A DNA stretch of 64,000 nt from Basidiobolus meristosporus CBS 931.73 (GCA_002104905.1 MCFE01000156.1:62001-126000), one strand, 5' to 3'. Shown: positions 36,822-51,108, counted from the stretch's first letter. Notes: generated by a model from the sequence alone, not told the origin. Made by a program: numbers and translations.

Positions 36822-39800
36822 TGTTGTAAGAGTCTTGGAGATATTGGAAGTGATTTGGGAGAACAAGTAGATTATGTGGTTTTCACTTAATGATTTATGG
36901 AATGTAAAAGTAGTATTTATACTTTTACCTGGTCCTGGCATAACAAACAGGTAGAAAACGCTAAGGAATGTCCTAACAACATGTGGGCAAAGTTTGGAGT
37001 TGTTTGGACAACTTTGAGAATTTTCATGTTCTGGGTACCTGGTATTTTGGTGTAAATATTCTAGGTAAATCCCAACAAGGAATTTGGTCAGTATACTCTA
37101 GGATTTGAAGGTAATGCTCTAATTGACTAAGTAAGGTGAATATTTAGGTGGAATTCCATATTTTTACAACACTCCCACTCAGCTAAATGTTCATACTGAC
37201 TAGTCCTAATTTTGACCTAAGATATTCAAACTTGTCTCTAGCTAATGGTTTGGTAAACATGTCTGCAATTATTTCATCTGTAGGACAGTAAGCTAAGCTA
37301 ACTAAGTTATTCTCTATGGCTTCACATATGAAATGATGTCTAATATCTATGTGCTTGGTTCTAGCATGAAAAGTTGGATTTCTACCTAATAGTATACATC
37401 CTTGATTATCTTGAAACAAAGTAATAGGTGTTTTTTGACGTAGGCCTAAATCTGTAAAAAGCTTTCATAACCACATTACTTCTTTTGTAGCTTCACAGGC
37501 TGCCATGTACTCTGCCTCTGTGGTAGAAAGTGCTACGGTTGGTTGCTTTCTTGAATTCCATGAAATTGCTCCTTTACAGCAAAGAAAGGTGTATCCTGTG
37601 GTGGATCTTCTGTCTTTCAAATTTTGTCCCTAATCAGCATGAGAGTATCCCACAAGATCCTGTCCTGAGTCCTTATAGGTGTATCTTAAGCAGATATCTG
37701 CAGTTCCTTTTAGGTATCTAAAAATCTGCTTAACTGCTGCAATATGATTAGATCCATAGTTCTGATTATGTTGGCTGACAACTCCCACTGAATATGAGAT
37801 ATCTGGACATGCTCCATGCATGGTATACATGAGACTGCCAACCATGGACTGATAAGGAAGGTCAGGGCTTTCAGATTGCACCAAGCTCTCTTGATTTGGT
37901 TGAGTTTTGACCAAGTTAAGGTTTGTCTCCATTGGGGTTGCTGCTGGTTTACAGTCTTCCATTTGGTATATCTTGAGTATACCTTGAATATACTTGGATT
38001 TGCTTAGGGCAATGGTCTGGGTACTTCTGTCTATGGAGAACTTAATCCCTAAGTAGTAACTGAGTTCTCCTATATCAGACATCTTGAACTCCTTAGATAG
38101 ACTGGATATAGTCTCTTCCAATGTTTCTAGTTTAATTGTGGCAATGATAAGATCATCCACATATAGAGCTGATAGAGCTGGATATGCTCATTCTGGCTGA
38201 TGATATATAGTATAGTCAGCTATACTCCTTTTGAAACTAAAAGATTGCAAATAAGCATCTATTTTGCAATTCCAGGCTCTTGGTGATTGTTTGAGTCAAT
38301 AGAGAGACTTGCTCAGCTTACAGGCAAAATGGGGTTATCTTGGTCAACAAACCCATCAGGCTGGCTCATATGCATGTTCTCTGCAAGTTGTTCATTCAAA
38401 AATGCAGCTTTTAACTCCATTTGATGTATAAAAAGTGTATATTTGGCAGCAATAGCCAATAATAATTTGATGGTTTTAAGCTTGGCTACAAGTGCAAAGG
38501 TCTCAGTGTAGTCAAGTCCTGTTATTTCAGGGTATCCTTTGGCCATATGTCTTGCTTTGTACCCTTCAATGTTACCATCAGCCTTGTATTTGGTCTTAAG
38601 GACCCATCAGCATCCAATCAATTTTTGGTTGATTGGTAGTTTGGTAAAGTCCCAAGTTTGATTTTCCATTAGGGCTTGATATTCCCTAGTCCTTACAGAT
38701 CTCCAAAACTTTGTCTGAGGGCTATTTAGGGCCTCTTTTACAGTCTGGGGCTCATCAATATGGACGGAATAGGCATAGGCTAAGTTTGTATCATCATTGA
38801 TATAGTAATTTGGGCTATTTGTTGTCTGGTTGGATCTCTGGGCATTTGATAGTGGAATGATCACCTCTGGGATATTCCTGGGAGCTGCCTCAAGCTTAAC
38901 TATGGTAATTGAGTCCTCTGGAGTGAGAAAATTGCATTGTTTTGCTCTGATTCAATCCTGACAACTGATAGACTTGAGATCAGATATTTGTCATCATCAG
39001 ATGTCTTGTTGAATATTCATCAAGCAACATATCCCTGGACTTGATCAGTTCTTTGCTTTGGTATTGTAGAGTCTGTATGCTTTACTATCATTGAAGTAGC
39101 TCAAAAATATGCATTTCTCACTTTCTGGCTCATATTTTAACTGATTTCCAAGCAGTTTCTTGGCATATGCTGTACACCCAAAAAACTCTGAGAGGTTCTG
39201 CACTTGGTCTGTATCCATCACATGCTTCATTTGCAGTAGAATCACCAATTATTCTGTTATAACTCCTATTTTCAAGGTATAAAGCAGTGGCAACTGATTG
39301 CACCCAAGCATCATAGGATTTTTTTTGATCATAGATCATAGATCTAGCCAGGTGCATTATTGATCTATTTACATGCCCTACTACTGCACTTTGCTGTGAG
39401 GAATATGGTACAGTAGTCTCTTGCTTCATCCCATGAATTTTGCTGAAGTGGATGAGGAGTTTTGAGGTATATTCTCCACCACTGTCTGAGCATATTTTTC
39501 TGATTTTTTCACCAGTTTCTCTCCACAGTGACTTTAAACTCCCTATGCTTAGACACAGCTTCTTCCTTTCTCTCCATGAAGTAGGCCCATGTGTATCTTG
39601 TATATTCTTCAATAAAAGTGGTTAAATGCTTCATCCCACCTAAGGATAAATTTGGCATAGGTCCACACAGAGCTGAGTGAATTAGATCTAAGTTTTCTTA
39701 GTTTTGATTAGCCCAGAGCTCTTGAATGGTTGTTGGGCTTGTTTCCCATGTATGCAGGCTTCACAGTGCTCTAAATTAGCTGGGATATCAGTTTTTACTC

Positions 39801-39859
39801 TAGAAATTAGCTGATCTCTGATCATTTTGCGTAAATAATCAAAATTGATGTGTCCAAAC

Positions 39860-42800
39860 TGTTGTAAAAGTTTTTAATTCCACCTAAATATTCACCTATT
39901 GTAGTCACCTAGATCATTACCCTCAAATCCTAGAGTATACTGACCAAATTCCTTGTTGGGACTTATTTAGAATATTTACACCAAAATACCAGGTACCCAG
40001 AACATGTAAATTCTCAAAGTTGTCCAAACAGCCCCAAACTTTGCACACATGTTCTTGGAACCTTCTTTAATCTATTCTATTTGTTTGTAATGCCATGACC
40101 AGGTAAAAGTATAAATACTACTTTTACATTCAATAAATCATTAAGTGAAAACCACATAATCTACTTGTTCTCCAAATCACTTCTAATATCTCCAAGACTC
40201 TTACAACAGGTTATGAGCCCCAAGCTGTCACTCTCTGCAATGTCTACTACTGCTATTACTGGAATTTTTCCCTCTGCTGAAAAGTTGGATGGATCTAACT
40301 ACCAAGTGTGGAAGGTGAAGATGAAGATGCTGCTACAAGAAAGAGGCCTTTGGGATATTGTCATGGGAGATGAATGCCCTCCTAAAAACATGGGAGAGGA
40401 AGCCTTGAAGTACCAGAAGAAAGAACAAAGTGCCTTCAACTGCGTTTGGTTTATTGTTAAAGACAAATTGCTAATTCAATGCTCAAGAGCAAAAATGGCA
40501 AAGAATGCCTGGAAGGCATTAGAAGATACCTACCAGTCATGTTCAGCTGCTAAGAAAATGGATCTGAGACAAAAATTCTTTACTACAAAGATGCTGCCAG
40601 GAGAAGAAATGAAAAAACTAGTTAACAGAATTACCTTGCTGGTAGATGAGATGGAATCTGTGGGCGTACCAACTACTGATGAGGATGTGATATTTACCAT
40701 CTTAAATAGCCTGACAGACAAGTTTCAGGGCCTTGTATCAGCCCTAGAGTCTAGGACTGAAGATTTGACCTTAAATTACATATATGGAAGGCTCCTGGAT
40801 GAAGAATTAAGAAAATCAAGCGCCAACAAGAAGGACAAAGAAAATGCTTTAATAAGCAATGATAACCAACAAAGGAGGTACCCAAGACCCTACAAAGGCA
40901 ACAGCAACCTGTTTTGCAATTACTGCAGAAGGAAAGGATAGACATCAGAGAGGTGTCTCAAAATGAGAGATTATCAACAAAAGAAGCCTGAATATGGAAA
41001 TGCTGCTACAACTGAAGATAGACTATTCATATCTGCACTAAATATGACCACAAACAAGGATTCTCAGATGTGGTATATTAACTCTGGAGCTTCTCAACAC
41101 TTTACACACCAAAAGAACTTTACACAATATCAAGAAATTCCAATTAAGAATGCTTTCATGGGTGAAAATAGAACACTTGATGCAGTGGGAGAAGGAACTA
41201 TCCAAGTAAACCTTAGAAGCAGTGAAGGAACCTATACACTGACCTTTAAAGAAGTACTCTCTGTACCAGTAATAGCCAAGAACCTACTCTCTGTAAGCAA
41301 GGCCACAGCAGAAGGACTCAGTTTCTGTTTTGACAATTCTGGATGCAGGATCACCAATCAAAATGGTGCCCATATTGCTTTGGGCATCAGAGATCAGAAT
41401 CTATACAGGTTGACTTATATTCCATCATATTTGGAAGCCAATATAAGTAACTTAAATGAAGAAATACCAATGCTTTGGTACAGGAGATTTGGACACCCCA
41501 ATTTTGATTATTTGCATAAAATGATCAAAGATCAGCTAATTTCTGGAGTGAAAATTGATCCCCCAGCTAATTTGGAGCACTGGGAAGCCTGCATATATGG
41601 AAAACTAGCCAGACAACTGTTCAGGAGTTCTGGGTTAATCAAAACTAAGAAAAAATTAGATCTAATTCACTCAGATCTGTGTGGACCTATGCAAAATCTA
41701 TCCTTAGGCAGGATGAAGTATTTCATCACTTTTATTGATGATTATACAAGATACACATGGGTCTACTTCATGGAGAGAAAGGAAGAAGCTTTGTCTAAGT
41801 TCAGGGAGCTCAAAGCTATGGCGGAGAGAGAAACTGGTGAAAAGATCAAGAAAATACGCTTTGACAATGGTGGAGAATATACCTCAAAACTCTTCATCCA
41901 CTTCTGCAAAATTCATGGGATAAAGCAAGAGACTACTGTACCATACTCCCCACAGCAAAATGGAGTAGCAGAATGAGCTAACAGATCAATAATTGATATG
42001 GCAATATCTATGATCCATGATCAAAAATTATCCTATGATTTTTGGGTGGAATACGTTGCCACTGCTGTATACCTCAAAAATAGGAGTTATAACAGAATAC
42101 TTCATGATTCCACTCCATCTGAAGCATGGTATGGATACACACCAAGTGCAGAACATCTAAGAATATCTGGGTGTACAGCATTTGCCAAAAAACTGGCCGG
42201 AAATCAGTCAAAATTTGAGCCACAAAGTGTAAAATGCATATTTTTGGGCCACTGCAATGAGAGTAAGGCATACAGACCCTACAATACCAAAGCAAAGAAG
42301 CTGATCAAGTCCAGGGATGTGTTGTTTGATGAAAAATCAAAATTTTCACAAAAAATAACACCAGATGATGATGAGAATTTGATCTCAAGTCCACCAATAG
42401 TCAGGATTGAATCAGAGCAAGACAATGAAAATTTTTTGATTCTGGCTGATCCACAGTTGTAGAGTCCTCTGGAGTGAGTGCACAGGAATATCCCAGAAGT
42501 GATCATTCTAGTATCAAATGCCCGGAGATCCAATTGGACAAGAAATAGCCCAAATAACTATATCAATGAGGGTACAAGCTTAGCCTATGCCTATTCAGTC
42601 CATATTGATGAACCCAGTCAGTAAAAGAGGCCCCAAATAGCCCTCAGACAAAGTTTTGGAGATCTGCAATGACTGAGGAATATCAGGCCCTGATGGAAAA
42701 TCAAACTTGGGACTTAGTCAAATTACCAATCAACCAAAAATCAATTGCATGCAGATGGGTCTTCAAGACAAAATACACGGCTGATGGTACAATTGAAAGA

Positions 42801-44538
42801 TACAAAGTAAGACTTGTAGCCAAAGGATACTCTCAAACAAAATGACTTGACTATACTGAGACCTTTACACCAGTAGCCAAGTTTAATTCCATCAGATTAA
42901 TATTGGCTGTTGCAGCCAAATATAAGTTTTATGTTCATCAAATGGATGTAAAAACTGCATTTTTGAATGGAGAACTTGATGAGGATGTGTATATAAACCA
43001 GCCTGATGGGTTTGCTGACCAAGATAACCCCTCTTTGGTCTGCAAGCTTATAAAGTCACTATATGGTCTCAAACAATCATCCAGAGCCTGCAATTGCAAG
43101 ATAAATTCTTATTTGGAATCTTTGAGTTTCAAAAGGAGTAATGCTGACTATAGTATATACTATAAGCCAGATAGAGGAAATCCAGTTCTATTAGCTCTAT
43201 ATGTTTATGATCTTATCATAGCCACCATTAGCCTAGAAACATTGGCAGGGACTAAATCCAGCCTATCTAAGGAGTTCAAGATGTTCAATCTAGGAGAACT
43301 TAATTACTACTTAGGGATTAAGTTCTCCATAGACAGAAGTACCCAGACTATTGCCCTAAGCAAATTCAAGTATATTCAAGATATACTCAAGATATACCAA
43401 ATAGAAGACTGTAAACCAGCAGCAACCCCAATGGAGACAAACCTTGACTTGGTCAAAACTCAACCAAATCAAGAGAGCTTGGTGCAATCTGAAAGCCCTG
43501 ACCATCCTTATCAATCTATGGTCAGCAGTCTGATGTATATCATGCTTGGAACACGTCCAGATATCTCATATTCAGTGGGAGTTGTCAGCCAACATAATCA
43601 GAACTATGGATATAATCATATTGCAGCAGTTAAGCAGATTTTTAGATACCTAAAAGGAACTGCTGATATCTGCTTAAGATACACTTAATAGGATTCAGAA
43701 CAGGATCTTGTGGGATACTCTGATGCTGACTGGGGACAAAATTTAGAAGACAGAAGATCCACCACAGGATACACCTTTCTTTACTGTAAAGGAGCAATTT
43801 CATGGAATTCAAGAAAGCAACCAACTGTAGCACTTTCTACCACAGAGGCAGAGTACATGGCAGCCTGTGAAGCTACAAAAGAAATAATGTGGTTAAGAAA
43901 GCTTTTTACAGATTTAGGCCTATGTCAAAAAACACCTATTACTTGTTTCAAGATAATCAAGGATGTATACAATTAGGTAGAAATCTAACTTTCCATGCTA
44001 GAACCAAGCACATAGATATTAGACATCACTTCATATGTGAAGCTATAGAGAACAACTTAGTTAGCTTAGCTTACTGTCCTACAGATGAAATGATTGCAGA
44101 CATATTTACCAAACCATTAGCTAGAGACAAGTTTGAATATCTTAGGTCAAAATTAGGACTAGTCAGTATGAACATTTAGCTGAGTGGGAGTGTTGTAAAA
44201 ATTTTGACTCCACCTAAATATTCACCTAACTTAGTCACCTAGATCATTACCTTCAAATCCTAGAAAATACTGACCAAATTCCTTGTTGGGATTTACTTGG
44301 AATATTTTCACCAAAGTACCAGGTACCCAGAACATGAAAATTCTCAAAGTTGTCCAAACAGCCCCAAACTTTGCACACATGCTCTTGGGACCTTCCTCAA
44401 CCAATTCTACGTGTTTGTAATGCCAGGACCAGGTAAAATTATAGGTACTACTTTTACATTCAATAAATCATTAAGTGAAAACCACATAATCTACTTGTTC
44501 TCCCAATTACTTCCAATATCTCTAAGACTCTTACAACA
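39860..44538 (+). mobile_element. Full-length defective Ty1/copia element
   Basis: LTRs 39860-40208 and 44191-44538, 5-bp TSD CAAAC, PBS GGTTATGAGCCC (40209-40220), PPT GAGTGGGAG. Order is gag, PR, integrase (HSDLCGP, FDNGGEY), RT, RNase H (RTKHIDIRHHF). Confidence 0.95.
40240..44179 (+). pseudogene. Copia gag-pol pseudogene
   Basis: Fragments 40165-40941, 40963-41976, 41998-42462, 42903-43688, 43710-43976 and 43889-44179. Includes a CGA>TGA stop at 41974 and the protease D>N change WYINSGAS. Confidence 0.92.
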
Positions 44539-46147
44539 CAAACCTTCTGTGGCAAAGTATTAGTGTTTCTTCATTCAAGTTACTAGTATTGGCTTCCAGA
44601 TATGTTGGAATATATGTCAACCTATACAGATTCAGATCTCTGATACCCAAAGCAATATGAGAACCACTTTGATCAGTGATCCTGCATCTAGAATTGTCAA
44701 AGCTGAAACTGAGTCCTTCTGCTGAGGCCTTGCTTACATATAGTAGGTTCTTGGCTATTTCTAGTACAAAGAGTACTTCTTTTAAGGTTGGTGGATAGCT
44801 TCCTTTGCTGCTTTTAAAGCTTACTTGGATAGTTCCTTCTCCCACTGTATCATGTATTTTGTTGTAACCCATGAAAACCTACTTGATTGGAATATCTCAG
44901 TCTTAGGTAAAGAGTTCTTTTTGCTGTGTAAGGTATTGAGATGCTCCAGAGTCAGTGCATCATGTCTGAGTATCCTTGTTTGTGGTCATATTTAGTGCAG
45001 GTATGAGTAGTCTATCTTCCGTTGTTGCTGCATTTCCATATTCAAGCTTTTTCTGCTGACTATCTCTCTTTTTTAAGCACTGGTCTGATGTATGTCCTTT
45101 CCTTTTTCAGTATTTGCAAAACAGGTTGCTATTGCCTTTAAAAGGTCTAGGGTATCTCTTTTGTTTGTTATCATTGCTTATTAAAGCATTTTCTTCTTCT
45201 TTTTATTGGCAATTGATTTTCTTAATTCTTTGTCCAGGAGCCTTCCATATACATTATTTTAAGTCAAATCTTCAGTTCTGGACTCTAGGGCTGATACAAG
45301 GCCCTGCAACATGTGTGTCAGGCTATTCAAGATGGTTACTATCACTTCCTCATCAGTAGTTGGTATGCCCATAGATTCCATCTCATCCACCAGCAGGGCA
45401 ATACTGTTAATTAGATTTTTCATTTTTTCTCCTGGCTGCATCTTTATAGTAAAGAATTTTTGTCTCAGATACATTTTCTTAGCAGCTGAACATGACTGGC
45501 CGATGTCTTCTGATGCCTTCCAGGAATTCTTTGCCATTTTTGCTCTTGAGCATTGAATTAGCAATTTGTCTTTAACATCAAGGCAAATGCAGTTAAAGGC
45601 ACTTTGTTCTTTCTTCTGGTACTTTAAGGATTCTTCTCCCATGCCAATATCCCAAAGGCCTCTTTCTTGTAGCAGCATCTTCATCTTCACCTTCCACACT
45701 TGGTAGTTAGATCCATCCAACTTTTCAGCAGAGGGAGAAATTCCAGTAATAGCAGTAGTATACATTGCAGAGAATGACAGCTTGGGGCTCACAACCTGTT
45801 GTAAGAGTCTTGGAGATATTGGAAGTGATTGGGAGAACAAGTAGATTATGTGGTTTTCACTTAATGATTTATTGAATGTGAAACTAGTACTTATACTTTT
45901 ACATAATCCTGGTATAATGAACATGTAGAATAGGCTTAGCCAAGTCCAAAGAACATGTGTACAGATTTTGGGGTGGCTTGGGCAACTTATCTTACTTTCA
46001 TCTATTGGGTACCTGATATTTTGGGGAAAATATTCTAATCAAATCTGGACATGGAATTTGGTCAGTATTCCCTAGAATTTGAAGGTAATGATCTAAGTGA
46101 CCAAGTTAGGTGAATATTTAGGTGAAATTACAAATTTTACAACATCT

Positions 46148-46900
46148 AGAACATGAAATCTCTCAAAGTTGCACAAACAGCCTCAAACTTTGCACACTTG
46201 TTCTTGGGATCTGCCAAAGCATATTCTATGAGCTTTTCTTGCCACAATCACGTAATAGTATCAATACCACTGTTATATTCAATAAATTATTAAGTTAAAA
46301 GCACATAATCAGCTTTTTCTCCCAATAACATCTAATATCCCCAAAACTCTTACAGCAATATTCAGTGCAAACACAAATAGTCCATCTTCAGTGGTGTTAG
46401 CATAGTCATACTCTGGCTGCTTCTGCTATTCATCTCTCTTTGATGCACCAGTCCAATGTGTGTCAGTTCCTTTTGCATCAACTTCAAGAGTGGTTGCTGT
46501 TTCCTTTAAACTGATTTGCATATCTTTGCTGGTGGTTATTGTTACAGAATAAAGGATTTTCTTTTTCTTGTTATTAGGGCTGGATTTTCTTAGTCCTTTA
46601 TCTTGGAGCATTCCATATGACTAATTTAAAGTCAGATCTTTAGTTCTAGACTCTATAGCTGATACAAGGACCTGAAGCTTGTCTGTCAGGATATTCAGGA
46701 GGGTAACTATCACATCTTCATCAGTGGTTTGTGTGTCCACTGATTCCATCTCATTAACCACCTGGGTAATTCTGATGAATGGATTTTTCACTTCTGAATT
46801 TATCTTGAGTACTTCCACCAAAACATCAGGAGCTCAGAGTATGAAATATCATAAAGTTGTCCAAACTGCCCTCAACTTGTACGCATGTTCTTGGGACCCC
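46148..46900. mobile_element. Jumbled copia LTR and gag fragments
   Basis: LTR piece 46148-46357; gag-like TTDEDVIVTLLN..VSAIESRTKDLTLN (46621-46821, -). Confidence 0.7.
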
Positions 46901-47379
46901 TCTAAATATATTCTACATATTTGTGAGTTGCTATATAGGTTCCAAATACTCCCCTGGGAAGAGCCACATATTTTGGGATAAATCTTCCCCCACGCAGCAA
47001 AGCTGTGTTGTTAGTTGAAATTAAGCACAAGTAATACCAAAATGGTGTGGCGGGTGAACTCAAATGAACGGATCAAGCTCAGGGAAATGCACCCAACTGC
47101 CAACCATCACATTGGCAAGCTTTGGTATAGCTCGATAAGATAATATCAAAGCCAGCTCATCTTTTTAATACGCCAGATAATTCGTATAGTTCCCACAGTT
47201 TCATTTAGTACTAGATGTCCGCTTGATTCATGTTTCACTAGTCAAAACATTTTGCTCATAACTGCAGGATACTCCGACTGCCACAAAACCCTGGCGATTT
47301 GAAATTAAGGCCGTTTAGCCTTTACATGTATGGCCATGATACAACAATACTGTGTATGCCGAACAGATAGCCCAGCGTC

Positions 47380-48900
47380 CCTATTAGATCAAGTCATGCC
47401 AACGATATCAAGATCGCACATATCCTACCAAGAAATATCCATCGGTTGAATATGCACGAACTAGTTGCTGGATGACTCCAAAGGCCCACCAGTTCGAACT
47501 TGTTCCGACGTACTGGAAATGGCATCCATGTCTTGACCGCAAGCTGACCACGAAATGGAGAATGTCTGGGATGCGTCTCATCCCCAATGAACCTCCTAGA
47601 ATATTGGTCATCAACCCAGCACCAGGGCATGAATATATCAATCTTTCGCCCGAATATCGCTCCGTCTGATGGATGCGCAGCACGAAATACAGGGAGCAAA
47701 TCCATTTAATACTTTTGCATTACCGAAGGGTGACAACCACAGTATTACTGGTTTCGAACTCCATATCAATGCTGAAACTAAGACGCATCGACCCATACGG
47801 CTCACATCCGAACTCATGGCAAAGTGGCGCACTCGATTCTTCGAGGACCATCCATTCTCAACCGCGGGTAGCTCACATTGACCCTTACCAGTGCAGCAGA
47901 TTCATCCGGCCAAGTGGGATCAGCAGAACCCCAGATCTAGCTGGCCATTGGGGTATGGCGCAGTATGTTGATCACCTGGAGACACCAAACAAAGCCAGCC
48001 CGGCGTGGCAGAGGGGTGCGGCTCTGATTGCCGATTCCCCTCTCCCTCGCCTCCCCCATTTCAAACAGCTCCGGCAAACCTGGGATCTGGTGCATGGTGA
48101 AACCAGAAATCCAAGCAAACTGGTAGTGACGGGCGTGGTATGAGATCCGTGAATTCGATGTTGAGTAGAATCTGCTCACCATCCCCCATCCCTCATCCCT
48201 CATCCACCAGCCTCCAACTCCAGATGGCCCCTAATGACTGACATCATGGCGTGAACCAACCGACAGGCTTTTCAGGTCGCAACAAGATTTCCTGGCTAAA
48301 CGGTTGGCCTTGATTCAGCGGAGTAGGTCTGGACATCGATATGAACCCCACCCTCTTCCCTAACCCAATATATAATGTCACCTGGTGTTTGTTGGCAGAA
48401 ACGGCAATCGAACGATGCCCTTTCGATTCTCTGCGACAACGGGCTCCTTTCTTCGGCTGTACGATTTCCATTGACAGGTGCGCACAACCTGACCCACACG
48501 CACCCTGGATTCCCTTAAACATCAGATGGATATGGTGCGAAGGGTTATTTCCATATAGGCAGGGCTCGTACCAAATCTCTCTTATCTGCAACCTGTCGAC
48601 TCACCATGTAAAACTCCTCTGTTCACGGCCGGCTGATCGGTGTTGACCAGATGATGGCTCAGCAATGCTCGCTTTACTGGATGTCGCGGCACGAGCTGCT
48701 CTTAGGGAAGGGGACCTACGGCAATCGGCTCGAGCCTCCACCATTCGCACAGGCCCACCATGAGGCTGGAGACCACCGCTGATTACGTAGGCCACTGGCT
48801 GGTTGCAACGTTCTGCTTCAGCTGCCTCGGCGCAGCTCGTGATGGCTCTCAACGGAATCGCACCCACAGCAGTCCTACGGCCTTGCCCCCAGCCCATTCA
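47380..48900. other. Unresolved gene-like region (possible spliced gene)
   Basis: CpG-normal composition and intron-like segments (e.g. GTGCGG..pyrimidine tract..AAACAG ~48021-48068; GTATGA..GACAG ~48139-48266). No consistent reading frame or domain found. Confidence 0.25.
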
Positions 48901-50100
48901 CTGTCACATGGGTATCGTCAAGATTCGAAGTGGGAAATGTGGGGCTACTCGGTTCATCTCTACCCCTTTCAGCAACTGCCAAATCAATTCTGGCCAACAG
49001 GAATAATTGGCCGATAGGTTGATTGAGGACCATGGTGACTAGAAGGTAGGGTCTGGCTCCTTATATATTTATTGATGTATATATTCGTGTAGGTTGGTAT
49101 ATATGTACATATACATACATATATATGTACGCTGGCATTCTAGTCGAGCGTGATAAGCGATACTTGGCTAAACTGGTAATCGGCTAGCCGCAATGATCAT
49201 GCCTTTGAGTGGAGAGTGGTGGACTAGATCCCAGATATTCCGGATTGAACGGTCTATCGATCACAGTATCCAGTTAACCAGGTATCTTTCATTCAGAATG
49301 AGGATCAGTGTGCGCATTTCATGGAGCGGCGTTGGGGTGATCCCAGATCGACCGAAGACCCTAGTGCGATCCTATTACGTAAAATTACCCATGCCAGGTG
49401 CGGCCCCATAACAATAGCCACTTCCTAGTCTAACAGAGATCATCATGTGTATTACCATGTTGTGGGCAGCTCAGAACAAGTGCAACCCAAGAGACTACCG
49501 AAAGTCCATCATCACACGATTCGAGCCCAAGGTTTCTGCGCTCCAGTACCAGGGTCCAGGTGTAGTTTCCTCGGGGAGTTCATGCCTTCAGTTCCCTTCT
49601 ACCTTCCGAGGTCGGGCCACCACGGTGGACATGAATGCTTTCGATTGCATACGTTAGTTCCCAGAACACCTATCCAATAAGCATTCGCGAACAACTGATT
49701 TCATGGAGCGCAATGGATCTTTGATATCGATCCACTAATTTATCCACACATTTATTACTCCATTAAGGTTGGGATGGATCTCCTGGCGTATTCATCGCTT
49801 TGGATCTTCGGATCAGTAGATTTCTTAGAGTGCCATTTCCATAGTTGCCGATGACCAGTGATTCATAGGTTGAGTTACCGGTTTTGACCCAAAGAGTTAC
49901 ACACACATAATTGAGACTTGGCTTATTGCCAATCATGGCCAGGGAGATAATATAGCCAATTGGGGTGCAATAGGAAACTCCTGGAGTAGTATAAAAGAAG
50001 TATCAAAGTCCGAGCCCGGTCTTGCCATCCTGCGGGTTTATAGCAGTTCTACAGCGGCAGTCTTGTTTCCACTTCCAATAATTCTCTTTACCTCGTCATC

Positions 50101-51108
50101 ATGCCTGCTCCCATCGACTACACCGCTCAAACATTCAGTAAGGTTCAGAAGGCCGAGCCTATTGAAAGTGCAAACTTCGAGTAAGTATCCGGTCACAATT
50201 GTCGGAAGGCTTTGTTCCATTGCTAATTAGCTATTTTTAGCTTTGATTTTCAATTTCCGAATGTTTATGAACAGCCCTCTGCCCCTGTTGATGATTTCCT
50301 CCAACCAAGGGACTTGGAAGGATCTTTTTGTCGGGATTTTTCCTGTTGCGGCCTTGTTTTAGAAGATCTTCATGATTTACTTCAACATTTCGAGGAGTGC
50401 CATGTTCGTTTCGAGGCTGATGACTCCCAAGGCTTGTATCAAGAAGAAGAATGGTCTGCTTCCAGCGACTCGGGGGTCAACACCCCCTCTTCGCCCATCT
50501 CTGATCATGATTTGTTGGCACAGTACAGAAACGACGCTCTTGCTCTGAGCGATGTCTATTCTGAGGAAGCCTTGATCCAAAGCGATACCTTGACCTCTGC
50601 CTTCGACAACTCTGTTGTCAGAGCGGCCCAAAACCCAAAGAAGCGTTTTGCAAAGGAGACTTTGAGTGCGCCCGCGAAGAAGATTGCTCCATCATACACT
50701 CTGGATGTCAATGCCCTTCCACGTACCTTCACCGAAGAAGAGCTCTTCACCGGTATCCCATCCATCTATTCACCCGATTTCGTCGCTGGTGTCGATGATG
50801 TTCTTCATGCTGCCGCCGGTGTCATTCCGACCGAAACCGTTGAAATCAAGCCCACTCCGGCTGAGAAGCCATACAAATGCCCAGTTCCAGGATGTGAGAA
50901 ATCCTACAAAAATGCCAATGGGTTGAAGTACCACAAACTTCACGGACACTGCTCGAACGGAGACGGTTCCAAACCTACCGTCAAGCCATACAAATGTTCC
51001 TACCCTGATTGTGGCAAGAGCTACAAGAACCTCAATGGGTTGAAGTACCACATTGAACACACCCATGTTTTGACCTTAGACCAAACCGCCACCTCAATCG
51101 CCATTTAA
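50101..51108 (+). CDS. SFP1: Sfp1-like split C2H2 zinc-finger transcription factor, 315 aa; exons 50101-50180 and 50241-51108
   Basis: N-terminal FCRDFSCCG..LHDLLQHFEE.H motif plus KPYKCPVPGCEKSYKNANGLKYHKLHGH and a second finger. The GTAAGT...TAG intron restores frame to the ATG at 50101. Confidence 0.9.

Larger units (their letters stand above)
36822..46144 (-). mobile_element. Decayed Ty1/copia element hosting a nested copia
   Basis: LTRs 36822-37171 and 45797-46144, PPT GAGTGGGAG, PBS variant GGTTGTGAGCCC. The internal halves rejoin at ..CHRRF|GH.. across the nested insertion. No TSD seen. Confidence 0.85.
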
